Source: Octopus sinensis
Taxonomy: Eukaryota
Direction: 5' to 3'
Length of the DNA: 64,000 nt
Assembly (NCBI RefSeq): GCF_006345805.1
Contig: NC_043002.1
Span: forward strand, 186,001-250,000
Position numbers and translations under genes: made by a program. Below are positions 39,314 to 52,169 of this stretch, in pieces. Below the pieces are notes generated by a model. It was not told the origin of the DNA. It was given only the letters and a program-made list of their open reading frames with translations, and did not search any database. Each line of letters opens with the position of its first letter. The first letter of the stretch is position 1.

Positions 39314-40884
39314 TTTTCAAACAAGATGATGGTCGTGAACCCCCTCCATTTGATAGATCGGTACCTCCAATGCTTCGATTGATCATCACGCGGGACGAAG
39401 TCAAACGTGTTATTCAAGGCATCGATGTCAACAAGGGTCACGGCCCTGATGGCATACACCCACGGGTTATCAAAGCGTTGGCTCCGGTCATCTGCGAGCC
39501 CTTAACACGACTATTCAATATGTCATTGGCGACGGGTGTTATACCTGCAGACTGGAGAACAGCGATAATCTGCCCAATTTTCAAGAAAGGGAGCCGCGAA
39601 GACCCGCTTAACTACCGACCGGTTTCCCTTACATCAATAATCAGCAAGATGTTCGAAACCATCCTTAAGAAAAGTATGATGCTCCACCTCCTAAACACAG
39701 CCTCGATCACTGATTCCCAACACGGCTTCGTGCCGAAGAGATCATGCTTGACCAACTTACTAGTAATGGAAGAATTGGTGACGTGCATCCTCGATGATAG
39801 TGATGCTGTTGACATCGTTTTATTGGACTTTGCCAAAGCTTTTGACTCGGTAAACCACCGCCTACTACTTGTCAAGCTTCAAGCATATAGTTTCCATCCG
39901 GATATTGTACGATGGGTTGGTGCCTTCCTCTCAGATCACTCCTTCCAAGTTCAAGTTAATGGTTCGCGGTCCGACGTCTCCAGTGCGAGCAGTGGCGTGC
40001 CTCAAGGTTCAGTGCTTGGGCTCTTGTTGTTCTTAGTCTTCATAAATGACTTGCCCGACGACCTCACGCAACACACCCTTCTATTTGCCGACGATATCAA
40101 ACTGGTCGCTCCTCGCGGTAGTATAGAGGATCTTCGTCGATGCCTCCACCAAATTTGGAAGTGGTCTAACGATTGGGACCTGTGTCTGAACGTGTCAAAG
40201 TGCTGTCATCTGCCTGTCGGCTCTACTCCTGCAACTCAACTTGATTTCGAGCCGGGTCGTCTGCTGCTGGAGAGGACCGATCAGGTAAAGGACCTGGGTA
40301 TCTTGGTGGATTCCTCCTTTTCGCCTTCGGCCCAGTGCGTCCATGCTGCCAACAAAGCGCGCGGAATTCTGTTTTTGATTCGACGGTCATTCGGAATGCT
40401 CACAGCAGCCATATTCCTGCCACTCTATGTCACGCTGGTGAGACCCATATTGGAGTATGGGATTCAAGCCTCTTCTCCTTATCTCCTCAAAGACATACAG
40501 CATCTCGAAAGAGTCCAGAGGCTGGCTACCCGCATGGTTCATGGTCTCAAAAATTTGTCCTACGAAGAAAGGCTGAGGACGCTCGACCTTTATTCTCTTG
40601 AAAAACGCCGCCGCCGTGGTGATCTCATTCTCGCCCACAACATCATAAGCGGGAAGTGTAACCTCTCGAAAGAGCTGTTCTTCACTCCTGCTCCGGAGCG
40701 TCGGCTGCGGGGTCATTCCGAAAAGCTCTACCTGCGACGATTTCATCTCAATCGAAGGAGAGGAGCTTTCTCCGTCCGGGTTGCGGATCCGTGGAACAAG
40801 CTGCCAGACGAGATGGTGAAGATGCCGACGACCGCTTTGTTCAGAGCCTCCCTGGACCTCAAGTGGCCTGAACTCTTTACATGA
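39314..40884 (+). CDS. Reverse transcriptase (CR1-like ORF2, no endonuclease), uninterrupted
   Basis: GPDGIHPR, NYRPVSLTS, QHGF, LDFAKAFD, GVPQGSVLG, LFADD, KDLG, RGHSEKL; no stops or frameshifts to TGA at 40884. Confidence 0.92.
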
Positions 40885-40978
40885 ACACCACCCTGTACTT
40901 AACTCCATGTCCCCCTACATGGCCTTGCTATTTGCTTTTGAGCCAAATTAACTAACTAACTAACTAACTAACTAACTA
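39314..40978 (+). mobile_element. 5'-truncated CR1-group LINE nested in the Helitron
   Basis: (CTAA)n tail at 40949-40978; AACTA on both sides (39309-39313, 40974-40978); removing the insert restores VSNY-LAGRYLSSNEAFWRI. Confidence 0.93.
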
Positions 40979-43340
40979 CTTGGCTGGCCGGTACCTCAGC
41001 AGCAACGAAGCGTTTTGGCGCATTTACGGCTTCCCGCTCCATCAGAGACACCCGGCTGTGGTGCAGCTTGCTGTACACTTGGAAAATGGACAGCGGATTT
41101 ACTTCACAGAGCAAAGTGCTGTGCAGATAGCCACCAGCCCTAAAGACACAACGTTGACTGGTTTCTTCAAATTATGCCAACGTGATGACTTCGCTCGAAC
41201 GCTTTTGTACCCACAGGTCCCATCGTACTTCGTGTGGTCTAAAAAACACCTGGGTTCGACGGAAATCCGGCAAAAACGTCGAAGGCTTCCCAGGCGTCAA
41301 GTTTGACTTCTGCCTGGGTCGAGTTTACAACATCCCGCCAAACCAGCAAGAGTGCTTCTACCTCCGTCTCCTTCTACATGAGGTCAATGGTCCAACAGGT
41401 TTCGCCAATATACGTACCATCAATGGGGTTCTGTGCGACACCTTCAGGGAAGCATGTATGAGACTTGACCTTCTAGAGGATGACTCCCAGTGGGACGCCA
41501 CGATGGCAGAGGGCGCTTTACTGCAAACGCATTCGGCCCTACGACATCTTTTCGCAATCCTTCTTCAAAAATGTCAGCTTAGTGATCCACTAAGTCTCTG
41601 GATGAAATACAGGGATGACATGTCGCACGACTTCTTACGTACGGCTCAGCAACACTGCCCTTCCGCCGAGATCACGTTCACCAACTTCATTTACAATTTT
41701 GCGCTCATTCAACTCGAAGACGCTGTCATCGATATGGGTGGGTCTGCTTTAACAGAGTACGGCCTTCCACCACCCACACGTGAACACGCCAATGTTATGT
41801 CTGCTGAATTGTTACGCGAAACTTCCTACTGCATTGAGGAACTGCACCAGTACGTCCAAGATAATGAACCACGGCTGCTTCCAGACCAGCGCATAGCCTA
41901 CAACACCATCGTAGACTCTGTCAGACAGCAACGTGGAGGGATTTTCTTCCTTGATGCACCCGGCGGCACTGGCAAAACCTTCGTCACTAAACTAATTCTG
42001 GCAGAGGTCAGACGCAACACGGACATTGCCCTGGCTGTAGCTTCCTCTGGTATCGCGGCCACGTTGCTTCCGGGTGGCAGAACCGCCCACTCTGCCTTCA
42101 GACTCCCGCTCGATCTGGCAAAGTCCGAGTCACCTATCTGCAACATCGCCAAGAACTCAGAACATGCCGACATTCTGCGCAGATGCAAACTCATCGTATG
42201 GGACGAGTGCACTATGGCACACAAAGGCGCCCTTGAGGCACTGGACAGGTCCCTGCAAGACATCAGAGACTCTACGGCCCCCATGGGAGGATTAACTTTA
42301 CTTCTTTCAGGAGACTTCAGGCAGACTCTACCTGTTATTCCAAAAGGAACCCGTGCCGATGCCGTGTGCGCGTGCCTTAAGTCGTCAGCTCTTTGGGCAC
42401 ATGTGCGGCCCTTGCACCTCCAAACTAACATGCGCGCGCAGTTAATTGGTGACAGCGGATCCGCTGCATTCTCCAGGGACCTCTTATCGCTCGGTGAAAA
42501 TAGGATGCTGTCTGATGCGGATGGCTACGTTCAATTGGACTCACTTTGCACCATTGTCGACACCCCTGTAGCCTCCGGGACGCTGTCTTCCACGACCTAC
42601 AAAACAATTTACGCGACCTAAAATGGCTGGCAGGCAGAGCTATTCTCGCACCCAAAAATACAACCGTCAACTCCATCAATGTCCAGCTACTTGAAGCTAT
42701 TCCTGGTGATGTCCACGTCTACAAATCTATAGATAGGACAGCAGACCCCGCCCAGCTTGCCGATTATCCTGTTGAATTCCTGAATTCACTTGAACCGCCA
42801 GGCCTGCCACCACACATCCTGAAGTTAAAAGTCGGTGCGCCCATTATGCTCATCAGGAATTTGGTTCCACCTAAACAGTGCAACGGCACACGTTTGGTTG
42901 TGAAACATTTGGCACCACATTTAATAACGGCCACAATACTTACCGGTTGTGGGAAGGGAGAGGACGTCTTCATTCCACGGATGCACCTTCAATCCACTTC
43001 AGGCGTTCTCAGTTTCCTGTTAAACTCTGCTTCGCAATGTCCATCAATAAATCCCAAGGCCAAACGCTACAAGTCGCTGGGTTACATTTGGGCGAACAGT
43101 GCTTCGCCCACGGTCAACTCTACGTGGGCTGTTCACGCGTTGGGAGGCGCAATGATGTTTTCATGTTTTCGCCCAAACGGACAGCTAGGAACATCGTATA
43201 TACAGAAGTATTCCAGTGAAGACAAGACATTGCAACGTCCACATGCACCTTCGTTCCCTGGAGGGAAAGGACTACATTGGGATTAGTCGTTGCCTATTAG
43301 GGGCTCTTACATACCCGGGCAACGCCGGGCTATGCTGCTA

Positions 43341-43394
<54 letters not shown>

Positions 43395-43631
43395 TTGTGT
43401 GTCTGTGTTTGTCCCCCTAGCATTGCTTGACAACCGATGCTAGTGTGTTTACGTCACTTAGCGGTTCGGCAAAGTAGACCGATAGAATCAGTACTAAGCT
43501 TACAAAGAATAAGTCCCGGGGTCGATTTGATCGACTAAAGGCGGTGCTCCAGCATGGCCGCAGTCAAAATGACTGAAACAAGTAAAATAGTAAAAGAGTA
43601 ATATATACATACATATAGATATGTATTTACG

Positions 43632-43681
<50 letters not shown>

Positions 43682-43770
43682 GATATGTATGAACGTATGT
43701 GTGTACATATATATAAACGTGTGTGTATATGTAACATATTTCTAAGAATAGATACATTCATACATACATC

Positions 43771-43810
<40 letters not shown>

Positions 43811-43850
43811 CACACATACGTAAATACATATGTATATGTATGTATATATG

Positions 43851-43926
<76 letters not shown>

Positions 43927-44050
43927 TATACATACATATGCGTGCATATTTCTATTGCATATATAAACATATATATTTATGTGTATACATGCACATACAT
44001 GTGTGAGTGTACGGCGTCTCAGCTGTGTTCAATGCAGAAAAATGAATATA

Positions 44051-44221
44051 GGCGCAGGAGTGGCTGTGTGGTAAGTAGCTTGCTAACCAGCCACATGGCT
44101 CCGGGTTCAGTCCCACTGCGTGGCATCTTGGGCAAGTGTCTTCTGCTATAGCCCCGGGCCGACCAATGCCTTGTGAGTGGATTTGGTAGACGGAAACTGA
44201 AAGAAGCCTGTCGTATATATG

Positions 44222-44254
<33 letters not shown>

Positions 44255-44445
44255 CTGTGTTTGTCCCCCTAACATTGCTCGACGACCGATGCTGGTGTGT
44301 TTACGTCCCCGTCACTTAGCGGTTCGGCAAAAGAGACCGATAGAATAAGTACTAAGCTTACAAAGAATAAGTCCCGGGGTCGAGTTGCTCGACTAAAGGC
44401 GGTGCTCCAGCTTGGCCGTAGTCAAATGACTGAAACAAGTAAAAG
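44051..44445 (+). mobile_element. tRNA-derived SINE (full-length)
   Basis: Family head, centre and tail; another copy on - at ~45310-45577. Confidence 0.9.
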
Positions 44446-44900
44446 AGTAAAAGAGTAATATATACATGCATATAGATATGTATTTACGTATGTGTATATA
44501 TATATATATACATATAGATTTGTATGTACGTATGTGTGTACATATATATAAACGTGTGTGTATATGTAACATATTTCTAAGAATACATACATTCATACAT
44601 ACATCTACATACGCCGTGTGTATGAATGTGTTTCTAAATGTGCATTTATGCATGTGTGCGTATTATAAATATATATGTGTGTGTGTGTATGTGTATGTGT
44701 ATGCACATATGTATGTATGCATGTATATATGTTTGTATGTATGTATAAATGTATATATATATATGTGCATAGATATATGCTTACACACAAATACATGCAC
44801 GTACAATATATCCGCATATATATATATATGGATAGATTGATAGATAGTTAGATAGATAGATACATGCATACATACACACATTCATACATATATACAGACT

Positions 44901-44959
<59 letters not shown>

Positions 44960-45590
44960 GTGTGTGTGTGTGTGTGTATAGATAGATATACATATATGCT
45001 AACACGTGTATATATACACGTAAATAAGTATAAAAATGTATGTATTAATACTAGTACATGCACATATACATACATCTCTGCGGGACTTCATAATTTGCCA
45101 GAAAATAATGGATCGTGCCAAGATTTTGCTGCTACTTCTAGCATGTAGAAATTACCTGTTAAAGCGTAATTTTCTATTTTGAAATATCTATATATCTATA
45201 TATTTACTACCCACAAGGGGCTAAACATAGAGGGGACAAACAAGGACAGACAAAGGCATTAAGTCGATTACATCGACCCTAGTGCGAAACTGGTACATAT
45301 ATATATTCTTTTCTTTTACTTGTTTCAGTCATTTGACTGCGGCCATGCTGGAGCACCGCCATTAGTCGAGCAACTCGACCCCGGGACTTATTCTTTTGCA
45401 ATCCCAGTACTTATTCTATCGGTCTCTCTTGCCGATCGGGGACATAAGTACACCAGCATCGGTTGTCAAGCAATGCTAGGGGACAAACACAGACACACAA
45501 ATACACACTCAGTGGGACTGAACCCGCAACCATGTGGTTGGTAGACGAGCTACTTACCACACAGCCACTCCTGCGCCTATATATATGTGT

Positions 45591-45660
<70 letters not shown>

Positions 45661-45685
45661 ATTTATATATATATTTATATATTAT

Positions 45686-45723
<38 letters not shown>

Positions 45724-45784
45724 ATACATATGTGTGTGTGTGTATATATATATATGTAGATGTATATATATATACATATATAAA

Positions 45785-46002
45785 AAGATAAAGGTCTTTA
45801 TTTTTCATGGACTTCAAAATTTGCCAGAAAATAATGGATCGTAGCAATCTTTGCTGCTATTTCTAGCATGTTAAAATTGCATGTTAAAGGGTAATTTTCT
45901 ATTTTGAAGTATGTATGTATGTATGTATGTATGTATGTATGTATGTATGTATGTATGTATGTATGTATGTATGATGTATGTATGTATGTATGTATGTATG
46001 TA

Positions 46003-46039
<37 letters not shown>

Positions 46040-46809
46040 ATGTATGTATGTATGTGTGTGTGTGTGTGTGTGTGTGTTTGTGTGCGTGTGCGTGTGCGTG
46101 TGCGTGTGTGTGTCTGTGTGTGTGTTTGTCTGCGTGTATCTTTAAAATCTTCCGATTTTTGGTGACATATGAAATAGACATTTCGTTTTGTAACCGAAAA
46201 ATGAAGCGAAAGAGGTTTAGCTACTGTAGCGTTCGATTGTATCTTTTGCAGACAAACTGAACGACTCCATTTAATTTCATCAGAAAGTTACTTAAGATCT
46301 TCTTCTCTCTGTCTGTCTGTCTCTCTCTCTCTCTGTCTTTTACGCTCTCTCTCTGTCTGTATTTAACTCACTATATAACATATAAGTTTCTCTCTCTCTC
46401 AATATAAAACTATTTTTCTCTCTTATTACCCGTTGCTAAGCAACTCAGGGAAAAGAGGTGTGCGTGTGTGACTGTATTTTCAATTGTGTGTGTGTATGTG
46501 TGCGTTTGTGCCTTTCGACACCAGTGCGTGCGTAACGACACACACACAAACGCCCACAAGCATACACACACAAAATTGAAAATGCACAGTTACACACTGA
46601 AACACTCACACACAGAAACGAAAATACACACGCACACATAAATAAAAACAGTCACACATACACACTGAAATGAAAATACTCACACACACTCACACTCACA
46701 CATGCACACATGCATACGGACAAACACCACACACACACACAAAAAAGGAAAATACACAGTTACACACTCACACACACACGCTCACACGCACAGACACACG
46801 CATACACTA

Positions 46810-46841
<32 letters not shown>

Positions 46842-47435
46842 GTACAAGTAATGAACTGGAAACACGCGCGCACGCAGACACAGAAATGAAAACACACATA
46901 TGTGTGTGTGTTTGTGTGTGTGTATGTATGAATAGATTTGGTTGATGGAAACTGAAAGAAGCCCATCGTATATAAATGTATACATATATGTGTGTGTGAG
47001 TGTGTGTGTCTGTTTGTCCCCCTCCCCCCTCCAACATCGCTTGACAAGAACCGCTAGGGTTAAAAATAATGTCTTGGGATTGATTTGCTCGACTAAATGC
47101 GGTGCTCCAGCATGGCCACAGTCAAATGACTGAAACAAGGAAAATCAAAACATATATATATATATATATGTTCTTTTATTTTACTTGTTTCAGTCATTTG
47201 ACTGTGGCCATGCTGGAGCACCGCATTTAGTCAAGCAAATCGATCAGGCCTTCAAGAAGGCTGTCCATATGCTAGAAATAGCAGGCAAAGTCGACCTCGG
47301 CGGAATTTGAACTCAGAGCGTAGCGGCAGATGAAATACCTATTTCTTTACTACCCACAAGAGGCTAAACACAGAGGGGACAAACAAAGACAGACATACGG
47401 ATTAAGGCGATTATATCGACCCCATTGCGTAACTG

Positions 47436-47440
<5 letters not shown>
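45785..47440. repeat. ~1.7-kb composite repeat unit (paralogues at 33685-35230 and 55703-56850)
   Basis: Shared ordered blocks: aagataaagg..catggac, (TATG/TG)n, aaatcttccgatt, gcctttcgacaccagtgc, CA-rich tract, SINE pieces, gcgtaactggtac. Confidence 0.85.
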
Positions 47441-47520
<80 letters not shown>

Positions 47521-47621
47521 CAAATTGAGATAGGGTGTAATAAAGCATTATCTGATAATTGATATTTGATTTAGATGTATTTCTCCATTTTCTCATCTTG
47601 TATATGTATATATATATATAT

Positions 47622-50600
47622 CTTCTCTTCTCCCCGTCTGTCTTGATAGACAATGGGTTGCGCCAAGTGTGGGGCCTACTTTGTTGATGTGCTGCGTCTG
47701 CTGTGACTGAACAGTCCAATTCTAGAGTCGCAGTCCCTGGTACAGTTGCTGCACACGAACATCGATGGGTACGTGTGGGGTATTGCTGCAGTTGTCTTCC
47801 TCCTGTCCCGCCTGTCCGACCACGGCTGTGCTCTCCTTTCCTCAGCCATGGAAACGCCTTTCCTCACTGTCCGACGCCAGGCAGAGCGGTCAGCAGCTGT
47901 TACCTCCCACGTGTCCACACAGATGTTGGCAGTCCTCAGGTCGCGCTTGCACACATCCCTTTATCGTAGCTGTGGACGTCCCTTGGGTCGGGATCCCGTG
48001 GTGAGTTCGCTGTACAGGATGTCTTTAGGCATGCGACCGTCCTGCATGCGGCAGACGTGTCCGAGCCAGCGCAGTCGTCTCCGCACGAGGAGGGCATGCA
48101 TGCTTGGCATATTAGTCTGTTCCAGGATGACTCCGTTTGGTACTGGGTCCTTCCAGGAGATGCCAAGGATCCGTCGAAGACACCGCATGTGGAAGCCGCT
48201 GAGGCGGCATTCCTGCCGGGTGTATGTTGTCCAGCTCTCGCTGCCGTAGAGTAGGGTGCTCAGCACGCAGGCTCGGTACACTGCGATCTTGGTGGTTATT
48301 GTGAGCATGTTGTTTTCCCACACTCTCCTGGAGAGCTTAGCCATGGCAGCAGCAGCCCTCCCAATCCGTCTGTTCAGCTCCGGCTCGAGGGACAGGCTGC
48401 TGGAGACCGTCGATCCCAGGTAAGTGAACTCGTTCACCACCTGCAAGCTGTGGTCGCCGACACTGATGCTGGGGACCCCTCCGACGTCCTGGCCCATGAT
48501 CTCTGTCTTTTTCAGGCCGATGGTAAGGCCGAACTCTTGGCAGGCATCCGCCAGGGAGCTGAACAGCCTCTGGAGACCCGGCTGGTTGTGTGATGTTAGG
48601 GCGGCATCGTCAGCAAAGAGGATCTCTCTGATCAGCACCTGACGGACTTTGGTCTTAGCTCTGAGGCGCGCAAGATTGAACAACCCACCATCAGCCCTGG
48701 TGTGGAGGAACACTCCGTCGTCGGACGTTCTGAAGGCATAGGACAGGACAAGGGAGAAGAAAATTCCGAAGAGCGTCGGCGCCAGAACGCAACCCTGTTT
48801 CACTCCACTCTGGATGGCGAACGACTCCGAGGGCGATCCGTCAAACTGCACTGTTCCCTGCATACCGTCGTGAAAGGAGGTGAGGAGTTTCAGCAGTCTG
48901 GGAGGGCAACATATCCTACCCAGGAGCGCAAACAGCCCCTCCCTGCTGACTGAGTCGAACGCCTTAGCCAGGTCGATGAAGGCCACGTATAGGGGCTGTC
49001 TCTGTTCTCGACTCTTTTCTTGAAGCTGCCTGAGTGAGAAGATCATGTCGATTGTAGACCTCTCTGCCCTAAAGCCAGACTGAGACTCGGGGTACACACG
49101 CTCTGCAAGCATTTGCAACCTCTTCAGGACCACCCTGGCAAATGCCTTACCGACAGTGCTGAGCAGGGATATGCCCCTGTAATTATTACAGTCGCTTCTG
49201 TCCCCTTTGTTTTTATACAGTGTGATGATGTTTGCGTCACGCATATCCTTAGGGACAGAGCCCTCCTCCCAGCACTGACAGAGCAGCTCGTGGAGATGGC
49301 CCAGAAGGGCTGGCTTCCCGCACTGGATGACTTCTGCGGGGATGCCGTCTTGCCCTGGTGCCTTGCCCCGAGCGAGTGAGTCAATTGCTTTGCTCAGTTC
49401 TTCCTTTGTTGGAGGCAGGTCAAGCTCCTCCATGACAGGCAGAGCAGGAATGCCGGCGAGGGCAGACCTGGTGACCACATTCTCAGTGGAGGAGAGGTTC
49501 TGGTAATGCTCGACCCACCTCTCCATCTGCTTCGCTTGGTCCTTGATGACCTCGCCATCCCTGGACTTCAGTGAAGCAACCTTGCTGACAGTAGGCCTGA
49601 ATGCTTTCTTCATCCCCTCGTACATCCCTTTCACGTTACCACTGTCAGCACAGCACTGGATGATCTGGCATAGGTTCTGCCAGTAGATGTTGGCGCAACG
49701 TCTGGGCGTCACTTCTGGCTGTTCTTAGAGTAGCCAGGTTCTTTTCTGATGGGTCGCGCTTATAGTTGACCAGTGCTTCCCTCTTGGCAGCAATGACAGG
49801 CTCCATCTCAGGCAGGTGAGCCTCAAACCAGTCTTGATTTCTCCGCTCCCTCTTTCCTAGGGATGACATGACTATTCTGCAAGTGGTGTCGCGAATAAGC
49901 TGCCATCTCTCCTCGATGGACGTGGCTGCGTGATCTTTAAGGGCCTCCTCTATGCGGTTGGTGAATTCCGAGCGGAGGTCGGGGTTGGTTGTCCTGGCGG
50001 TGTTGATGCGTGGGCGGCTTTTCCCTACGGGACGGCGGATTTTCTTTGGGGCCAATCGGACCCTACTGCACACCAGAGAGTGGTCTGTATCACAGTCAGC
50101 ACCATGGTAGCTGCGTGTGAGAAGCACACTGCCGAGGTGGGCTCGCCGGGTGATGACCATGTCCAGTTGGTGCCAGTGTCCGGACCTTGGGTGCCTCCAT
50201 GAGACCCGGTGTTGTGGCTTAGTCGTGAAGAATGTGTTGGTAACGCAGAGTTTCCGGTAAGAGCAAAGCTCCAACAGTCTCTGGCCATTCTCATTCATCT
50301 TCCCCACGCCAAAGCGTCCAAGGCAGTCTGGCCATGCCCCATGATCGAATCCCACCCTTGCGTTGAAGTCGCCCAGAAGAAGATGGGCTCCGACCTGGTA
50401 TCTGGCTGATGGTGGCGCCGAGCTCCTCATAGACCCGGTCTTTTATTTTCTGAGGAGAGTGGAGTGTTGGGGCATAAGCACTAATTATGTTTACCTTCCC
50501 CGTTGATGTTGCAAGGCCAAGAGTGAGGATGCGCTCTGAGCCATTTGAAGGAGGGATCGCCATGGGGAGCAAGCTGTTCCTCACGGCAAACCCCACGCCA

Positions 50601-51640
50601 TGCTGGCGGGCCTCCTCGACGGGTCTCCCCTGCCAGTAGAAGGTGTAGTCCTTCTCCCGTAGCATGCCGTCTGCGGCGAGCCTGGTCTCTTGCAGCGCCG
50701 CTATGTCGATGTTCAGCCTTTTCAATTCGGTGTTGATGACTGCTGTCTTCCTACTGTCGTTCATCTGTCGTAGATCGTCAATGATGCCAGGGCACATGGT
50801 CCTGACATTCCAGGTGGCCAGTCGCAAGACTGGAGACTGGGTATTTGTTTTTCCTTTGTTTGCTGGTGCAGGGTTTTCAGTCTGCTTTTCAGATTTTGTC
50901 CTAGCTCCAAGCACCCATTGAAGCGGGCAGTCTGTGGCGGCTTAGCACCATTATTGGCCGGGGGCTGCCCAGCTTAAGGCGGGCGGTAGCTGACCAGTGG
51001 GACTTCAATGATCCCTCCCACCGTTAGAGTCCCGTAGCGCCCGGGATTACGCCAATTCACCCTGGCTTAAAACTCGTAACTGCCATCTCAGCTTGTTCCA
51101 TCGATGGAGTAGTTTCTCCATGGCGCAAGCCTGGGCGGTAGGAACGAAGACACTGGGCTGCCCAAATACCAGAATCTCCCTCTCGGGCCCCCAGACATAA
51201 TCCAAATGAATGCAGTGCAGTACGTTTGGAGTCTGGTTGGCTGCAGGAATTGTCGGAAAAGGGTCGAGATTCGACACCCTACCGCCTTCAGGGCTCCACT
51301 CCGGATTTTCTGTCTGGGTTTACTCCCATAGCCTTTCCCTCTCCCAAGAGCATCCGCAAGGCAGCGGAGCGAGGGTTTGGAGTCAGAGTTTTCCTTCTCC
51401 TAGACTGGCTGTCAACCAAGGCTAACGAGCCCAGTCTGCCCACCCGGTTATACCGCCAAGCACCCGGTCGCGCCACACAGCAGGCTCAGTGAGAACAGGG
51501 GGTACCGCGTGAAGGTGCTGCTGTGGACACAGTAGTGCAGGAGAGGCCATAAGCAAGAACTTTCCGCAAGGCGCAGCCAGGTAGAAGTTCTGCAGCGATC
51601 ATTACACCTGGAGAGGAGAGGCTATGAGAGACGCAATCAT
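47622..51640 (-). mobile_element. Near-full-length, CpG-rich RTE LINE
   Basis: ORFs 50291-50914 (LATWNVRT, LQETRL), 49645-50430 (GDFNARVG, HWHQLD), 47961-49712 (ILFADD RT), 47676-47954 (C2H2 FVCSNC..SH); two frameshifts and one in-frame stop; 3' end in (TA)n. Confidence 0.93.
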
Positions 51641-52169
51641 TTTCCTTTGCCCCCCTATATCTCTTATTATAAAAGGCAGATTTTATCTGCCTCCCTTTGG
51701 GAGTTATACAAATCTACAATATAGGATTTCTTCAATTACAATTTACCTAGCAATTTTAAGAGTACAATGCATCGCGTCATGCCAGGTCCAGTTTTAAAAT
51801 TTAAACTCCAGTTAAGCAAATTTACAGAAAACTCACATTCTGGTGTGTGTGTCAAATGCTTTCTTAGTCTGGTTTACAGCACACGCAAACGCACACACAC
51901 AGTGGGCAACGAATAAAATGAAAGTAATTGACTTACTGTAGTGAGTGATTCTTTCACTCTGCCTCCCACTTCCTCTTTCCACACAGACACGCAAATATAT
52001 AAATAAAATTGTAAGCTAACGTGCGTGTGTGTGAGTGGGTGTGTGTGGGTGTGCGCGCGTGTGTGTGTGTGAGGGTGCGTGTGTGTGTGTGTGTGTGTGC
52101 GTGCGTGTGCGTGAGTGTGTGACAGGAAAGTTTTTTTACAACGAATATAACACCTATATCCAAGTAGCA

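Larger units (their letters stand above)
36707..43219 (+). pseudogene. Helitron RepHel (HUH endonuclease + PIF1 helicase), frameshifted and LINE-interrupted
   Basis: MPPKKRR start; Cys cluster CQFC..CCSGGKV; Rep motifs PDLFITYTCNP, VEWQKRGLPHAH, YVCKYINK; helicase LDAPGGTGKT, IVWDECTM, SGDFRQ, KSQGQT, HGQLYVGCSRV; frameshifts at ~38785, ~41250, ~42575 and ~43010. Confidence 0.95.
35555..43341 (+). mobile_element. Autonomous-type Helitron (inactivated)
   Basis: 3' hairpin CCCGGGCAACGCCGGG (43314-43329), then CTAG (43338-43341) followed by T; 5' end buried in (TA)n before TATAAACGGCAG; encodes RepHel. Confidence 0.93.

Noticed and set aside
36695-42973. Antisense and alternate-frame ORFs over the Helitron and LINE
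   Set aside because: Shadow ORFs expected in GC-rich coding DNA; the same applies to those over both RTEs.
35555-43341. Bacterial or viral contamination suggested by high GC and HUH/helicase genes
   Set aside because: It has Helitron termini and is embedded in a host SINE split on both sides.
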